Assembly (NCBI GenBank): GCA_900759415.1
Contig: CAAEVC010000155.1
Span: 36,084-100,083 of the forward strand
DNA length: 64,000 nucleotides
Source of the DNA: an uncultured Dialister sp.
GTDB taxonomy: Bacteria > Bacillota > Negativicutes > Veillonellales > Dialisteraceae
Direction of reading: 5' to 3'
Part shown: in pieces, positions 9,391 through 18,444 of the stretch
How positions within the stretch are numbered: position 1 is the stretch's first letter
Layout: every line of letters begins with the position of its first letter
Made by a program: the position numbers and the translations under genes
Notes under the pieces: generated by a model
What the model saw: the letters and a program-made list of their open reading frames with translations, nothing else
Told to the model about the DNA's origin: nothing
The model's database searches: none

Positions 9391-10737
9391 ATGAAGTATG
9401 CCCCCGATGAATTGCAGAAATTGTTCATTGTGGCAGGAATACTGATTATCTTGGGAGCATTCAATATTTACAGTTCAACCTATTATATGAATATGGAGGC
9501 AGGCGCCAGCCCTTACAGCCATATACTGCGCCATCTGATTTTTCTCACGGTCAGTATCGTTGTGGCTTTCGGAGTGTCAAAGGTTCCCTACCGCATCATA
9601 AAAAATGGTGCTTTATTATGGAGCGCAGGAACTATCCTTCTTCTGCTCCTCGTCATGGTGGCCGGCCGTACAGTCAATGGAGCTACCCGATGGATACAGC
9701 TGGGGCCTCTGTCCCTGCAGCCTTCAGAAATTGCGAAGGTGACGGGGCTTATCTGGGCATCTGCCTGTCTTGCGGTGAAGATTGACAGAAATGAAAGCAT
9801 GTCTGTCTTTGGCCATCTGCTGAGACCATTCATCTTCTTTGCAAGTAAAAAGAGGAAGAATTCTTTTGGCACCATGCTCCGGTATTTTTCTCCTCTGTAC
9901 ATGCCCCTTATAATGGCGGTGCTTGTATTGAAGCAGCCGGATATGGGGACCGCAGGAATGATTCTTGTTTTCCCGGGCCTTCTTTATATCCTGGCAGGAA
10001 TGCCGGTCATTGAAATTCTTCTGAGTCTGGGTGTGACTTTTGTGGCCTTTGTGGCCCTTGTTCTTGTCGCTCCCTACCGCATGGCCCGTATCATCGTTCT
10101 TTTTGACCCGGAAGCCTATGCACAGGATGGGGGATACCAGACGGTGCAGAGTCTTATCGCTGTCGGTTCAGGCGGATTCTTAGGACAGGGGATGGGAGAA
10201 GGGATGTCCAAATTCCTTTATCTCCCGGAACAGTATACCGACTTTGCCTATGCCGTATTCAGTCAGGAATACGGATTCATCGGATCCGCAGTGGTCCTTG
10301 GACTCTATGTATTGTTTATGATTTACGGACTCCGGGTGGGAAGGAAACTGAAGCAGACCTATTCGGCTCTTATGGTATATGGGCTGACTCTTCTGATTTC
10401 TGTACAGGGATTCCTTAATATCGCCATGGTTATCGGCGTATTTCCGGTCACCGGCATCCCGCTTCCTTTCATTTCCTTTGGCGGTACGTCTCTTCTTATG
10501 AATATCATTGCACTGGGACTCATCTGGGGGACGACGACTCAGAGCCTCAGGGAACATGATGAAATCGAGAGGGAAAAGCGGATCGCTGCCATGGAAGGAA
10601 GAGCTATGTCTTTTGGCGAACTTTCAGGCTCCGTATATTCATCCCGTTCTAATTATTGGAAAGGATATAAGAGGGGTTGTGATAAAATGACAGACCATTT
10701 TTCACAACTCCTTTTTCTTTGGAAGGAGGCATTATGA
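9391..10737 (+). CDS. ftsW: SEDS family peptidoglycan polymerase (FtsW/RodA/SpoVE), FtsW-like
   Basis: NGATRWI, LQPSEIAK, QPDMGT, LPEQYTDF, PVTGIPLPFISFGGTS; start uncertain (9358 or 9391); tail runs through a palindromic element. Confidence 0.85.
   Translation: MKYAPDELQKLFIVAGILIILGAFNIYSSTYYMNMEAGASPYSHILRHLIFLTVSIVVAFGVSKVPYRIIKNGALLWSAGTILLLLLVMVAGRTVNGATRWIQLGPLSLQPSEIAKVTGLIWASACLAVKIDRNESMSVFGHLLRPFIFFASKKRKNSFGTMLRYFSPLYMPLIMAVLVLKQPDMGTAGMILVFPGLLYILAGMPVIEILLSLGVTFVAFVALVLVAPYRMARIIVLFDPEAYAQDGGYQTVQSLIAVGSGGFLGQGMGEGMSKFLYLPEQYTDFAYAVFSQEYGFIGSAVVLGLYVLFMIYGLRVGRKLKQTYSALMVYGLTLLISVQGFLNIAMVIGVFPVTGIPLPFISFGGTSLLMNIIALGLIWGTTTQSLREHDEIEREKRIAAMEGRAMSFGELSGSVYSSRSNYWKGYKRGCDKMTDHFSQLLFLWKEAL
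10669..10716. repeat. Dispersed palindromic element (GGTTGTGA..AAAATG-loop-CATTTT..TCACAAC family) inside the ftsW 3' end
   Basis: AAGAGGGGTTGTGATAAAATG-ACAGAC-CATTTTTCACAACTCCTTTTT. Confidence 0.7.
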
Positions 10738-11276
10738 AAATTCATCCAGAAGGAATGACTCTTTTTGTCCATTCTTTTTTCCTTGAAGAGTCCGAGCAGT
10801 GGGACATGCTGAAAGAAGCAGCATCCATTCTGGAAGAGAGGGGTGTCAGAGTGCACTGCGTCACTGATGAAACATTCCTGTCATCAGGCCTGGTGCATCC
10901 GGGTGACCATGTTCTTTCCATTGTTCCGGCGGTAGAAAGAACAGGACAGATGGCGCTGAAGGCCTTTGAGAAAGGACTCTCCGGGATAGTGGTCTATGGA
11001 GACAGTCCTTTCGGCATAAGTCTTGAAGAAGGGAATGTGGTCTCTTTCTTTGGAGACAAAGGTTTTCATTCAGAAATGATAAGAACGGAAGATGGTGCGT
11101 TTCCAAAGATATCTAAAGAGAGGATGAAGAACAGTAAAAAAGATCCTCTGGTAAAGAGGATCCTTATGGTTATTTATATAAGTCTTATGATATATGGAAT
11201 AAAAGGAGATTCAGGATTTCTTTCTGCTGCTGATGAAGCAAGACATGTATGGAAGGAAAGAAATCTCAGTCTTTGA
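10734..11276 (+). CDS. Hypothetical protein
   Basis: AGGAGG RBS before ATG 10734, ATGA overlap with the ftsW stop; no confident family. Confidence 0.7.
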   Translation: MKIHPEGMTLFVHSFFLEESEQWDMLKEAASILEERGVRVHCVTDETFLSSGLVHPGDHVLSIVPAVERTGQMALKAFEKGLSGIVVYGDSPFGISLEEGNVVSFFGDKGFHSEMIRTEDGAFPKISKERMKNSKKDPLVKRILMVIYISLMIYGIKGDSGFLSAADEARHVWKERNLSL

Positions 11277-11532
11277 AATACTTCTTGGCAAGCATCCAGG
11301 TAAAAGCAAAGGCTTTCTGATACAGATAGAGAGTCAGAGCTTTCTTTGGATGAAGAAGCCAGTAGGTCTTTGCTATAGGCTCCAGGGATTTCACGAAGTC
11401 CGGAGTCTTATCTTTGACCACTTTTGAGGACTCAGAAGGAAGGGCTGCTCCTTTTTTCCCGTGGACGCTTTTGGCAATAAGAGCAGCAGAAACAGCAAGG
11501 ATTAAAGGCTTTATTACTTTTTGAATATTCAT
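11266..11532 (-). CDS. Small basic hypothetical protein with hydrophobic N-terminus
   Basis: 88 aa ORF with GAGGAG RBS. Confidence 0.6.
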   Translation of the reverse strand: MNIQKVIKPLILAVSAALIAKSVHGKKGAALPSESSKVVKDKTPDFVKSLEPIAKTYWLLHPKKALTLYLYQKAFAFTWMLAKKYFKD

Positions 11533-11680
11533 TTTCCAATTCTCCTCTCTGATACAGATTCTGTTTCATTTATCATAGCAAATAAAAAGAGGGAGTTCAA
11601 AAATTTTTGTTTCTAAAGTAAGACTTGTGATATACTTTAATGGATAAAATCTATTACTGTGGAAATTCTGGAGGATTTTT

Positions 11681-12625
11681 ATGGAAGCCAATTCTAATGT
11701 ATTGTTGTTACCCCTGTGTTTTTTTGGACTGTATATGATTCTGGAAGCGGCAGACTGGGGACTCTGCATCTCTGCTCCTGCGGTTTCCCGCAATCAGGAA
11801 GAAAATAAAGCCATATTAAATGCATTGAATCCTGCCCTTGATGGCAATGAATTATGGTATCTTTTAGGCATGTTCATGATGGGCGCTGCGATTCCCGGTA
11901 TTTCTGCCAATGAAGGCAGAGGCGAAGGGATGGTGCTCATAGGTCTTGTACTTTCCGGCGCTCTGTTCCGTATGATTGCGGTACTTATGAAAAATGTGGT
12001 GAGCAAACCGGCGGTCATGAAATTCATAAGCTTCTTTTCGGTCATTGTACTGGCAGGCATCAGCCTTACAGGAACATCTCTTTTAATGCCTGATGGCTCC
12101 TATTTCTCTCTTCTGGGAATCGTCTCTGCTTTATGGGTGATTCTGGCATCCTTCCAGATTGGTACTCTTTATGGAGCCATGAAGGTGGTCAATCCGCTGG
12201 GAGAACGTTTCCGTGCTGCATTCCTGGTTTCCAGTGTGCTGAATGTGATCGTGTATATCATCCTTGCTATCCTTCTTAAGAATCATGCAGGAGAATCAAA
12301 TATCTACGGTAATTTCTTCTGGATCAGCCTGGTAGCTACAGCCATTCTCTTTGTGGTGGCTTTCTTCTTTACCCGTATGCGCCACGTGAAGACAGGACTT
12401 GCGGCCGCTTACCTTTCTTCTTTCTTTGCTATCGCAGTATACCTGTCCTGCTATGCAGCTATTCTCCCCGATATTTTCCCGGTAGAAGTAGGATCTGTGA
12501 AGCAGGCGCTGGATACCATGCCAAGCACTGGTCTTCTGGCTCTTGCCGTTGTATGGAGCCTCGGATCTTTTGTATGGCGTCTTATCCGGAAGAAAATCAA
12601 TTATGAATGGGACGACCATATCTGA
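11681..12625 (+). CDS. cydB: Cytochrome bd oxidase subunit II-like membrane protein (divergent, orphan)
   Basis: N-terminal YMILEAADWG...ILNALNPALDGNELW resembles the CydB DGFDxG...INSIxPxWDGNExW signature; multiple TM helices. Confidence 0.65.
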   Translation: MEANSNVLLLPLCFFGLYMILEAADWGLCISAPAVSRNQEENKAILNALNPALDGNELWYLLGMFMMGAAIPGISANEGRGEGMVLIGLVLSGALFRMIAVLMKNVVSKPAVMKFISFFSVIVLAGISLTGTSLLMPDGSYFSLLGIVSALWVILASFQIGTLYGAMKVVNPLGERFRAAFLVSSVLNVIVYIILAILLKNHAGESNIYGNFFWISLVATAILFVVAFFFTRMRHVKTGLAAAYLSSFFAIAVYLSCYAAILPDIFPVEVGSVKQALDTMPSTGLLALAVVWSLGSFVWRLIRKKINYEWDDHI

Positions 12626-12640
12626 TATAAGGAGGATACT

Positions 12641-12817
12641 ATGGGAGAACTTTTCAAGACCCAGCATACGATCGATGAAATGCTGGACCGTATGGGTGTA
12701 AAAATCGTACTGGATGCAGAACATTTATCAGAGGAAGATAAGCTGGAAGCTGAAAAACAGGGATCTTCCGTTGTCCTGAAAAAGGTAAGTGACAGGAAAG
12801 AGAAGGAAGAGGAATAA
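12641..12817 (+). CDS. Small acidic/charged hypothetical protein (58 aa), not in ORF track
   Basis: AAGGAGG RBS then MGELFKTQHTIDEMLDRMGVKIVLDAEHLSEEDKLEAEKQGSSVVLKKVSDRKEKEEE*. Confidence 0.7.
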   Translation: MGELFKTQHTIDEMLDRMGVKIVLDAEHLSEEDKLEAEKQGSSVVLKKVSDRKEKEEE

Positions 12818-12842
12818 TTATTTCCAGTCAATTAAATGAATA

Positions 12843-12938
12843 TGTGAAGGGGTGCTGGGCGGACCCGGCTGAGATAAAGACTATTCGTCTTTGGACCCTG
12901 TGAACCTGATTTGGATAATGCCAGCGAAGGGAGAATGT
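12843..12938 (+). ncRNA. TPP riboswitch aptamer
   Basis: GGGGTGCT..GGCTGAGA..ACCC..GAACCTGAT..GATAATGCCAGCGAAGGGA conserved core, upstream of tenA. Confidence 0.95.
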
Positions 12939-12940
12939 AG

Positions 12941-12979
12941 GACTGATCAGTCAGGGACATGAACTGGTCAGTCTTTTTT
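12941..12979 (+). terminator. Expression-platform terminator of the TPP riboswitch
   Basis: GACTGATCAGT...ACTGGTCAGTC followed by a T-run. Confidence 0.75.
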
Positions 12980-13014
12980 CATTTCATATATTTCAAAAGA
13001 AAAGAGGAATCATA

Positions 13015-13695
13015 ATGAAAGTCAGCCAGATGATTTACGACGCATGTATAAAAGAATGGGAATCCTGCTGTCACCATCCTTTCATTCAGGGAATGGCCGA
13101 TGGAACACTGGACCACAAGAAGTTTCAGTATTATATGATTCAGGACCATAAATATCTCATGCAGTATGCAAAAGTCTTTGCATTAGGGGTCATTAAATGC
13201 GAATCGGAAGAAGATATGCGTCTCTACGGAGATCTTATCAAAGCAACTCTTGATACAGAAAATGCGGTTCATCAGGCTTATCTGAAGGAACTGGGAATCA
13301 CAAAGGAAATGATTGAGGAAGCGCCGGTTTCCCTGAACAACAAATCATATACAGACTACATGATTGCAGAAGCTTTCAAAGGCGGCATGCCGGAACTGAC
13401 CGCCAGTGTACTGTCCTGTTCCTGGAGCTACAAGGTCATAGGGGATTATCTGGAAACTCTTCCTCATGCATTTGATCATCCTTTCTATCGCCGCTGGATT
13501 GAAATGTATACCAGCGAAGGATACAGGAAAGCCAATGACCTGATGATTGATCTGGTGGACCGCTACTGCGAAGGACTTTCCGCAAAACGGCTGGAACATA
13601 TTAAGGACATTGTAAAGACATGCAGCGATTATGAATACCAGTTCTGGGATGCAGCATGGACTATGGGTGAAAGTTATACTCCTGTTTTCAAATAA
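13015..13695 (+). CDS. tenA: Thiaminase II / aminopyrimidine aminohydrolase
   Basis: HHPFIQGMADGTL, YMIQD, catalytic Cys in LSCSWSY, EYQFWDAAW; TPP riboswitch upstream. Confidence 0.93.
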   Translation: MKVSQMIYDACIKEWESCCHHPFIQGMADGTLDHKKFQYYMIQDHKYLMQYAKVFALGVIKCESEEDMRLYGDLIKATLDTENAVHQAYLKELGITKEMIEEAPVSLNNKSYTDYMIAEAFKGGMPELTASVLSCSWSYKVIGDYLETLPHAFDHPFYRRWIEMYTSEGYRKANDLMIDLVDRYCEGLSAKRLEHIKDIVKTCSDYEYQFWDAAWTMGESYTPVFK

Positions 13696-13744
13696 CCGGT
13701 GATAATCATCTGTCTGATTCAGAAATAAAAGCTTTTATCATAAG

Positions 13745-13787
13745 AGAAAGTGTGACAGGATGGAAATTCATTTTGTCACACTTTTTT
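13745..13787. repeat. Dispersed palindromic element / terminator after tenA
   Basis: AGAAAGTGTGACAGGATG-GAAATT-CATTTTGTCACACTTTTTT. Confidence 0.7.
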
Positions 13788-13823
13788 GATGTCCAGATTT
13801 TCTGGCATCCTGTGGAAAAAGAT

Positions 13824-13866
13824 AGAACGTTTTTTCTTCCATGTGGTATAATGAAATAAATGTTCG
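13824..13866 (+). promoter_or_regulatory. Extended -10 promoter flanked by two degenerate LexA (GAAC-N4-GTTC)-like boxes
   Basis: AGAACGTTTTTTCT (13824-13837), TGGTATAAT (13844-13852), GAAATAAATGTTCG (13853-13866). Confidence 0.45.
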
Positions 13867-13877
13867 AGGAGGAAATC

Positions 13878-15122
13878 ATGGATATAGGAGAAAAGTTAGA
13901 TATACTGGCAGATGCAGCAAAATATGATGTTTCCTGTTCCTCCAGTGGTTCATCCCGTGCAAATCAGGGCGGATTGGGAAATGGACACAAGAGTGGTATC
14001 TGTCATACATGGACAGCAGACGGCAGGTGCGTATCCCTTCTGAAAATATTGATGACCAACTACTGCATTTATGACTGCGAATACTGTGTGAACCGGAGAA
14101 GCCACAATACACCAAGGGCCATCCTGACACCGGAAGAGATTGTGCTTCTGACCATAGAATTTTACAAGCGGAATTATATTGAAGGACTCTTCCTTTCTTC
14201 AGGGATTATCCGATCACCAGACTACACCACCGAGCTTCTGATTAAAGTTGCCAGACTTTTGAGAGAGAGGGAACATTTCAATGGATATATCCATATGAAA
14301 GGAATACCCGGGACTGATCCGGCTCTTTTAAATACTCTTGGCAGATATGTAGACCGGGTGAGTGTCAATATAGAACTTCCTTCTGAAAAATCCCTTCATC
14401 TCCTGGCGCCGCAGAAAACGAAGAAGGCAATCATAGCACCGATGAAGTTCTTCAAGGAATCCATTGAAGAATACAGGGAGGAACGAAAGAAGCACAGGAG
14501 CACGCCTTCCTTCGTGCCGGCAGGACAGACGACCCAGCTCATTGTAGGGGCAAGCGGTGAAAGTGACCGGCAGATCCTTCTTCTTACGGAAGGCCTTTAT
14601 AATAAGGCTTCTCTGAAGCGGGTCTATTATTCTGCTTACGTCCCGGTGATGCAGGGAAAGAATCTCCCGGTCATCGGAAGGCCTCCGCTTTCCAGAGAAA
14701 ACAGGCTTTATCAGGCAGACTGGCTTCTCAGGTTTTATAAATTCCAGGCCGATGAGATTTTAACTCCTGACAATCCCAATCTGGATAAAAATCTGGATCC
14801 CAAATGTATGTGGGCTTTGCGGCACCGGGAACTCTTTCCTGTAGAAATCAACCGGGCGCCCTATGAAATGATTCTCCGTATCCCCGGCGTTGGAGTCCGA
14901 AGTGCGCTTCGCATCACAAGGCTCAGGAAACAGGGAAATCTTTCCTTTGATACCTTAAAGCGGCTCGGCGTGGTGCTGAAAAGAGCCCGCTACTTTATGA
15001 CCGTAAATGGCAGATATTATGGAGAAAGAGGCCTTGATGATATCAATTTAAAAGACCGTCTTATTTCAGTGAAAGCAGCCAATGCCATGCGACAGATGAG
15101 CTTATTTGATATGCAGGTGTGA
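13878..15122 (+). CDS. Putative DNA modification/repair radical SAM protein with C-terminal helix-hairpin-helix (TIGR03916-type)
   Basis: AAKYDVSCSSSG, GICHTWTADGRCVSLLK, CxxxCxxC (CIYDCEYC), LYQADWLLRFY, LRIPGVG. Confidence 0.92.
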   Translation: MDIGEKLDILADAAKYDVSCSSSGSSRANQGGLGNGHKSGICHTWTADGRCVSLLKILMTNYCIYDCEYCVNRRSHNTPRAILTPEEIVLLTIEFYKRNYIEGLFLSSGIIRSPDYTTELLIKVARLLREREHFNGYIHMKGIPGTDPALLNTLGRYVDRVSVNIELPSEKSLHLLAPQKTKKAIIAPMKFFKESIEEYREERKKHRSTPSFVPAGQTTQLIVGASGESDRQILLLTEGLYNKASLKRVYYSAYVPVMQGKNLPVIGRPPLSRENRLYQADWLLRFYKFQADEILTPDNPNLDKNLDPKCMWALRHRELFPVEINRAPYEMILRIPGVGVRSALRITRLRKQGNLSFDTLKRLGVVLKRARYFMTVNGRYYGERGLDDINLKDRLISVKAANAMRQMSLFDMQV

Positions 15123-16039
15123 TCATGGTATTTCTGTATGATGGAACCTATCCAGGATTTTTGACTGCAGTGCATGAGATTTATCATAAGGGCACAAGTC
15201 ATCTGGAGGGAATCAGAAAAGAAGGGAGAGAAGAAACTCTCTTTGGAAATGAAATTCATGTGGAAACCAGTTTCCTGAAAGCAGAAAAGGTGGCCATTTC
15301 CTTTGGATCCTGCTGCGGAAAGGAGGCTCTCCGCTGGATGTACCGTGCCTTTCTTGCTGAAGAAGAAGGGAAGGAAATGAAAATTTTCTACTTCCTCCGC
15401 AGGGGATTTAAATTGAAAAAAGGAATCTACAGGAAACAGAGGGAACCCTGGGTCATGGATATACTGAAACTCTGCCAGAAGGTAGGAAATGAAATGGATA
15501 AATTCCGGGGAATCCTTCGTTTCAGCGAACTGGAGGATGGCCTTCTCTTTGCGGAAATTCAGCCCACCCATCATATACTTCCTCTTCTTGCTCCTCATTT
15601 TGCTGACCGTTTCTCCACGAAGAGATGGGCGATTTACGATAGAAACCGCCATGAGGCTGTAGTTTATGAAAAGGGGAAGGTATCCTTTGTGTTTGTAGAA
15701 AAGGAAGAAATGAATCTTACGTATAGCAGAGGGGAAGAGGACTTCCGCCAGATGTGGAGAAATTACTATCGCCATATGGGGATCGAAGAAAGAAGGAATC
15801 CAGGGGTCCGCATGAATTTCATACCGAAGAAATATTGGGCTCATCTCACAGAGATGGCAGATCCTTACAACAGGGAGGACCGGAGGATGACCGGACTTCC
15901 TCAAAGGAAAAGGCCTCACCAGATCAGTCTGGACATAAGGAATGATGAATTCAGGGATGTATTGAAACTGGTGGAAAAGAAGAGTGCAGAGAAACTGATG
16001 ATTGAAGGGAAAAAAGAAGACAGTCAGGTTCAAAAGTGA
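15119..16039 (+). CDS. TIGR03915/DUF4130-type putative DNA repair protein
   Basis: YDGTYPGFLTAV, GILRF, HFADRF, WAIYD, PKKYW; overlaps the rSAM gene as in the known pair. Confidence 0.88.
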   Translation: MIMVFLYDGTYPGFLTAVHEIYHKGTSHLEGIRKEGREETLFGNEIHVETSFLKAEKVAISFGSCCGKEALRWMYRAFLAEEEGKEMKIFYFLRRGFKLKKGIYRKQREPWVMDILKLCQKVGNEMDKFRGILRFSELEDGLLFAEIQPTHHILPLLAPHFADRFSTKRWAIYDRNRHEAVVYEKGKVSFVFVEKEEMNLTYSRGEEDFRQMWRNYYRHMGIEERRNPGVRMNFIPKKYWAHLTEMADPYNREDRRMTGLPQRKRPHQISLDIRNDEFRDVLKLVEKKSAEKLMIEGKKEDSQVQK

Positions 16040-16041
16040 CA

Positions 16042-16077
16042 CAAAAAGAGGTTGTGATAAAATCACAACCTCTTTTG
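16042..16077. terminator. Bidirectional terminator formed by a short member of the palindromic repeat family
   Basis: CAAAAAGAGGTTGTGAT-AAA-ATCACAACCTCTTTTG between convergent genes. Confidence 0.8.
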
Positions 16078-16086
16078 TAATGGTAT

Positions 16087-16584
16087 TTATTTTGCGTGGG
16101 AGGAAGCAGAGAGAGGCTGAGATTCCCCGGCAGAAGGAACACCGGTCAGGAAATGAAGGGATTCATATCCTTTTCTGACAGACTGGGGAATGGTGCTTGT
16201 GTTCTGGCTGGCTTTTGTGCTTCCCTTTTCTCTGGCATTTTCATAATACCAGAGTTTGTAGTCCACGATAGTCATCATTTCTTCCAGTTCCCTTTTCTTT
16301 TCTTCCAGCACTTTTTTCTGGCTGGAAAGGATGGCAAGACGGGTGTAAATGGTCTTGTCCCCATCTTTTGGAAGATTGATGAATGTTTTGATATCCTTAA
16401 GACAGAGTCCTGTTTTCTTCAGACATTGAATGAGACGGACTCCTTCAATATCCGATTCTTTAAACATGCGGATCCCTCCGGGAGAACGTTCCAGGTCCGG
16501 AAGCAGTCCCTCCTTATCATAAAACCGGACAGTAGATGTAGAAATTCCAAGCATTTTAGCAGCTTCACCGGCAGTATAGAGCAT
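16087..16584 (-). CDS. MerR family regulator, AdhR/NmlR-like
   Basis: YTAGEAAKMLGISTSTVRFYDKEGLLP HTH; conserved Cys in IQCLKKTG. Confidence 0.9.
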   Translation of the reverse strand: MLYTAGEAAKMLGISTSTVRFYDKEGLLPDLERSPGGIRMFKESDIEGVRLIQCLKKTGLCLKDIKTFINLPKDGDKTIYTRLAILSSQKKVLEEKKRELEEMMTIVDYKLWYYENAREKGSTKASQNTSTIPQSVRKGYESLHFLTGVPSAGESQPLSASSHAK

Positions 16585-16607
16585 ATAAACCTCCTCAAAA
16601 AAAGTAC

Positions 16608-16638
16608 TTGACTTGAAGTTAACTTTAACTTGTAGAAT
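16608..16638 (+). promoter_or_regulatory. MerR-type promoter with 19-bp spacer and dyad operator
   Basis: TTGACT (16608-16613), 19 nt, TAGAAT (16633-16638); dyad TTGAAGTT/AACTTTAA at 16613-16628. Confidence 0.85.
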
Positions 16639-16688
16639 AATAGAAAAGTTTGATTATGTCAATGGCTTTCAAATACAAGGAGGCAGAT

Positions 16689-17189
16689 ATGCCGAAAATC
16701 CTTATTTTATATTTTTCAAAGAGCGGTCATACGAAGAAGCTGGCTGAAGAAATTTAAAACGCTATCGGTGGAGACCGTGGAGAAATCCGGACAAAGAAGA
16801 AATATTCTTCGTCTTATGGATTTTCAGTTCTTCAGGCAGGTATAGAAAAACTGACCGGGAGGATGCCTGAGCTTGAAGATGATGGGTATCAGATTGTGGA
16901 TTATGATGTCATTCTTCTTGGCGGGCCCACATGGTACTACACCATTGCACCGGCCCTTCAGGTATGGCTGAAGAAGCATGACATGAAAGGGAAGAAGGTA
17001 TATACTTTCAGTACCAGCGGAAATGGACCGAAGAATACGGTTTCTGATTCCAGAACTCTGGCAGAAGAAAGCGGAGCGGCCGTCAAAGGGCAGCTTCATG
17101 TGAAATACAGGCTCCATACCCGGTTGACAGGAGAGCTTTTGATCCGGGAGTGGATAAGACAGGTAAAGGAGGATTTACATGAGATATAA
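16689..17189 (+). pseudogene. Flavodoxin-family gene interrupted by an in-frame TAA at codon 23
   Basis: GGAGG RBS, MPKILILYFSKSGHTKKLAEEI*NAIGGD... continues in frame into the 16863 ORF (LLGGPTWYY, FSTSGNG); TAA at 16755-16757. Confidence 0.85.
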
Positions 17190-18444
17190 ATGGAAAGTTT
17201 TAACCCTGTCGGTTCTTGCGGCCGCAGGGATACTGTCAGGCTGCGAAAATATACCTTCTTCCGGCGGAAATCAGGTGAAGGAAACGATGAAGCCATACAA
17301 TGTCCATCAAGTGGTGGCTTTCAATAATGAGACTGGCCGCATTGTGATGTGGGAAATGCCATCTAATAAGGAAAATCTCCTTGAGTACAGAAAAGAAGGA
17401 AGTAGTGAAATCTATCAGGTCAAAGCCAGCGGCAGAGAACTGAAAGGGAATAGGGGCATTAAGGACGGCATGGTCTATACTGCTGAGCTCACCAATCTGC
17501 AGAAGGGATCGGCGTATCAGTACAGGACAAGAGAGGGAAATGAGGTCAGCCGGTGGTATCCGCTGAAGACCGATGATGGTAAGGCTTTCAAGGTGATCGT
17601 CACTTCTGATTCCCAGAGCTCTGACTATTCTGATTGGGAAAATTTGGTGAAAACGGCGTATGGTAAGAATAAGGATGCTTCTTTCTTCATTGCTCTTGGA
17701 GATCTGGTAGATAATGGGGAAGATGAATATCAGTGGCAGACCTGGTTTAAAGATGTAGAGCCTATGATTTCAGAAATTCCAGTAGCTACCGCTCTTGGTA
17801 ATCATGAAGCCTATTCACTGGACTGGAAGAATCACTTGCCTGACCGCTATCTGACTCATTTCACTCTGCCGGATAATGGGGATAAGCTGCTCAGGAATCA
17901 TTATTACTCCTTTGACTGGGGTGATGTACACTTTGCGGTGCTTGATACGTCCCTTACGGAAGAAAAGGAATGGATTCCTGATCTCTTTGAAAAACAGAAG
18001 GCATGGCTGGAAGCAGACCTGAAGAAAACAGATAAGAAATGGAAAGTAGTGCTCATGCATAAGGATCCTCTCCAGTATGGCTTCGAAGACCCCAATCGCC
18101 CTTACAGAGAAGAAGGATTCTCTTACGAAGGAAAGACCTTCATGCCGATTTTTGATGAAAATCATGTAGATCTTGTGATTTCTGCTCATCTCCATACCTA
18201 TAGAGATAGAGGACGAATTTATGATTTCAAACGGTCTGATAAAGGCCCGGTTTATGTGATCGACGGACTTTCTGGAAATGTACGCTATCCGAATCTCTGG
18301 AAGAAACATGCACTGGATGAATATGTGGCTCTTCAGCCCGAAACAGATAATTATTCCATCTTGGAAGTAAATGACAGTGAACTTGTACTTACCGGTTATC
18401 TGCCGGACGGGACAGAAATGCACAGGACTATCATTACGAAATAA
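17179..18444 (+). CDS. Purple acid phosphatase-like metallophosphoesterase lipoprotein with FN3-like N-domain
   Basis: Lipobox ILSGC; SDSQ, GDLVD, GNHE, AHLHTY metallophosphoesterase motifs. Confidence 0.85.
   Translation: MRYKWKVLTLSVLAAAGILSGCENIPSSGGNQVKETMKPYNVHQVVAFNNETGRIVMWEMPSNKENLLEYRKEGSSEIYQVKASGRELKGNRGIKDGMVYTAELTNLQKGSAYQYRTREGNEVSRWYPLKTDDGKAFKVIVTSDSQSSDYSDWENLVKTAYGKNKDASFFIALGDLVDNGEDEYQWQTWFKDVEPMISEIPVATALGNHEAYSLDWKNHLPDRYLTHFTLPDNGDKLLRNHYYSFDWGDVHFAVLDTSLTEEKEWIPDLFEKQKAWLEADLKKTDKKWKVVLMHKDPLQYGFEDPNRPYREEGFSYEGKTFMPIFDENHVDLVISAHLHTYRDRGRIYDFKRSDKGPVYVIDGLSGNVRYPNLWKKHALDEYVALQPETDNYSILEVNDSELVLTGYLPDGTEMHRTIITK

Noticed and set aside
10734..11276. RraA-like assignment from PGDHVL...GLSGIVVYG
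   Set aside because: Only a faint local resemblance, and the following conserved RD motif is absent
16863..17189. 108-aa ORF as an independent gene
   Set aside because: It is the in-frame 3' part of the nonsense-disrupted flavodoxin and lacks the FMN-binding loop
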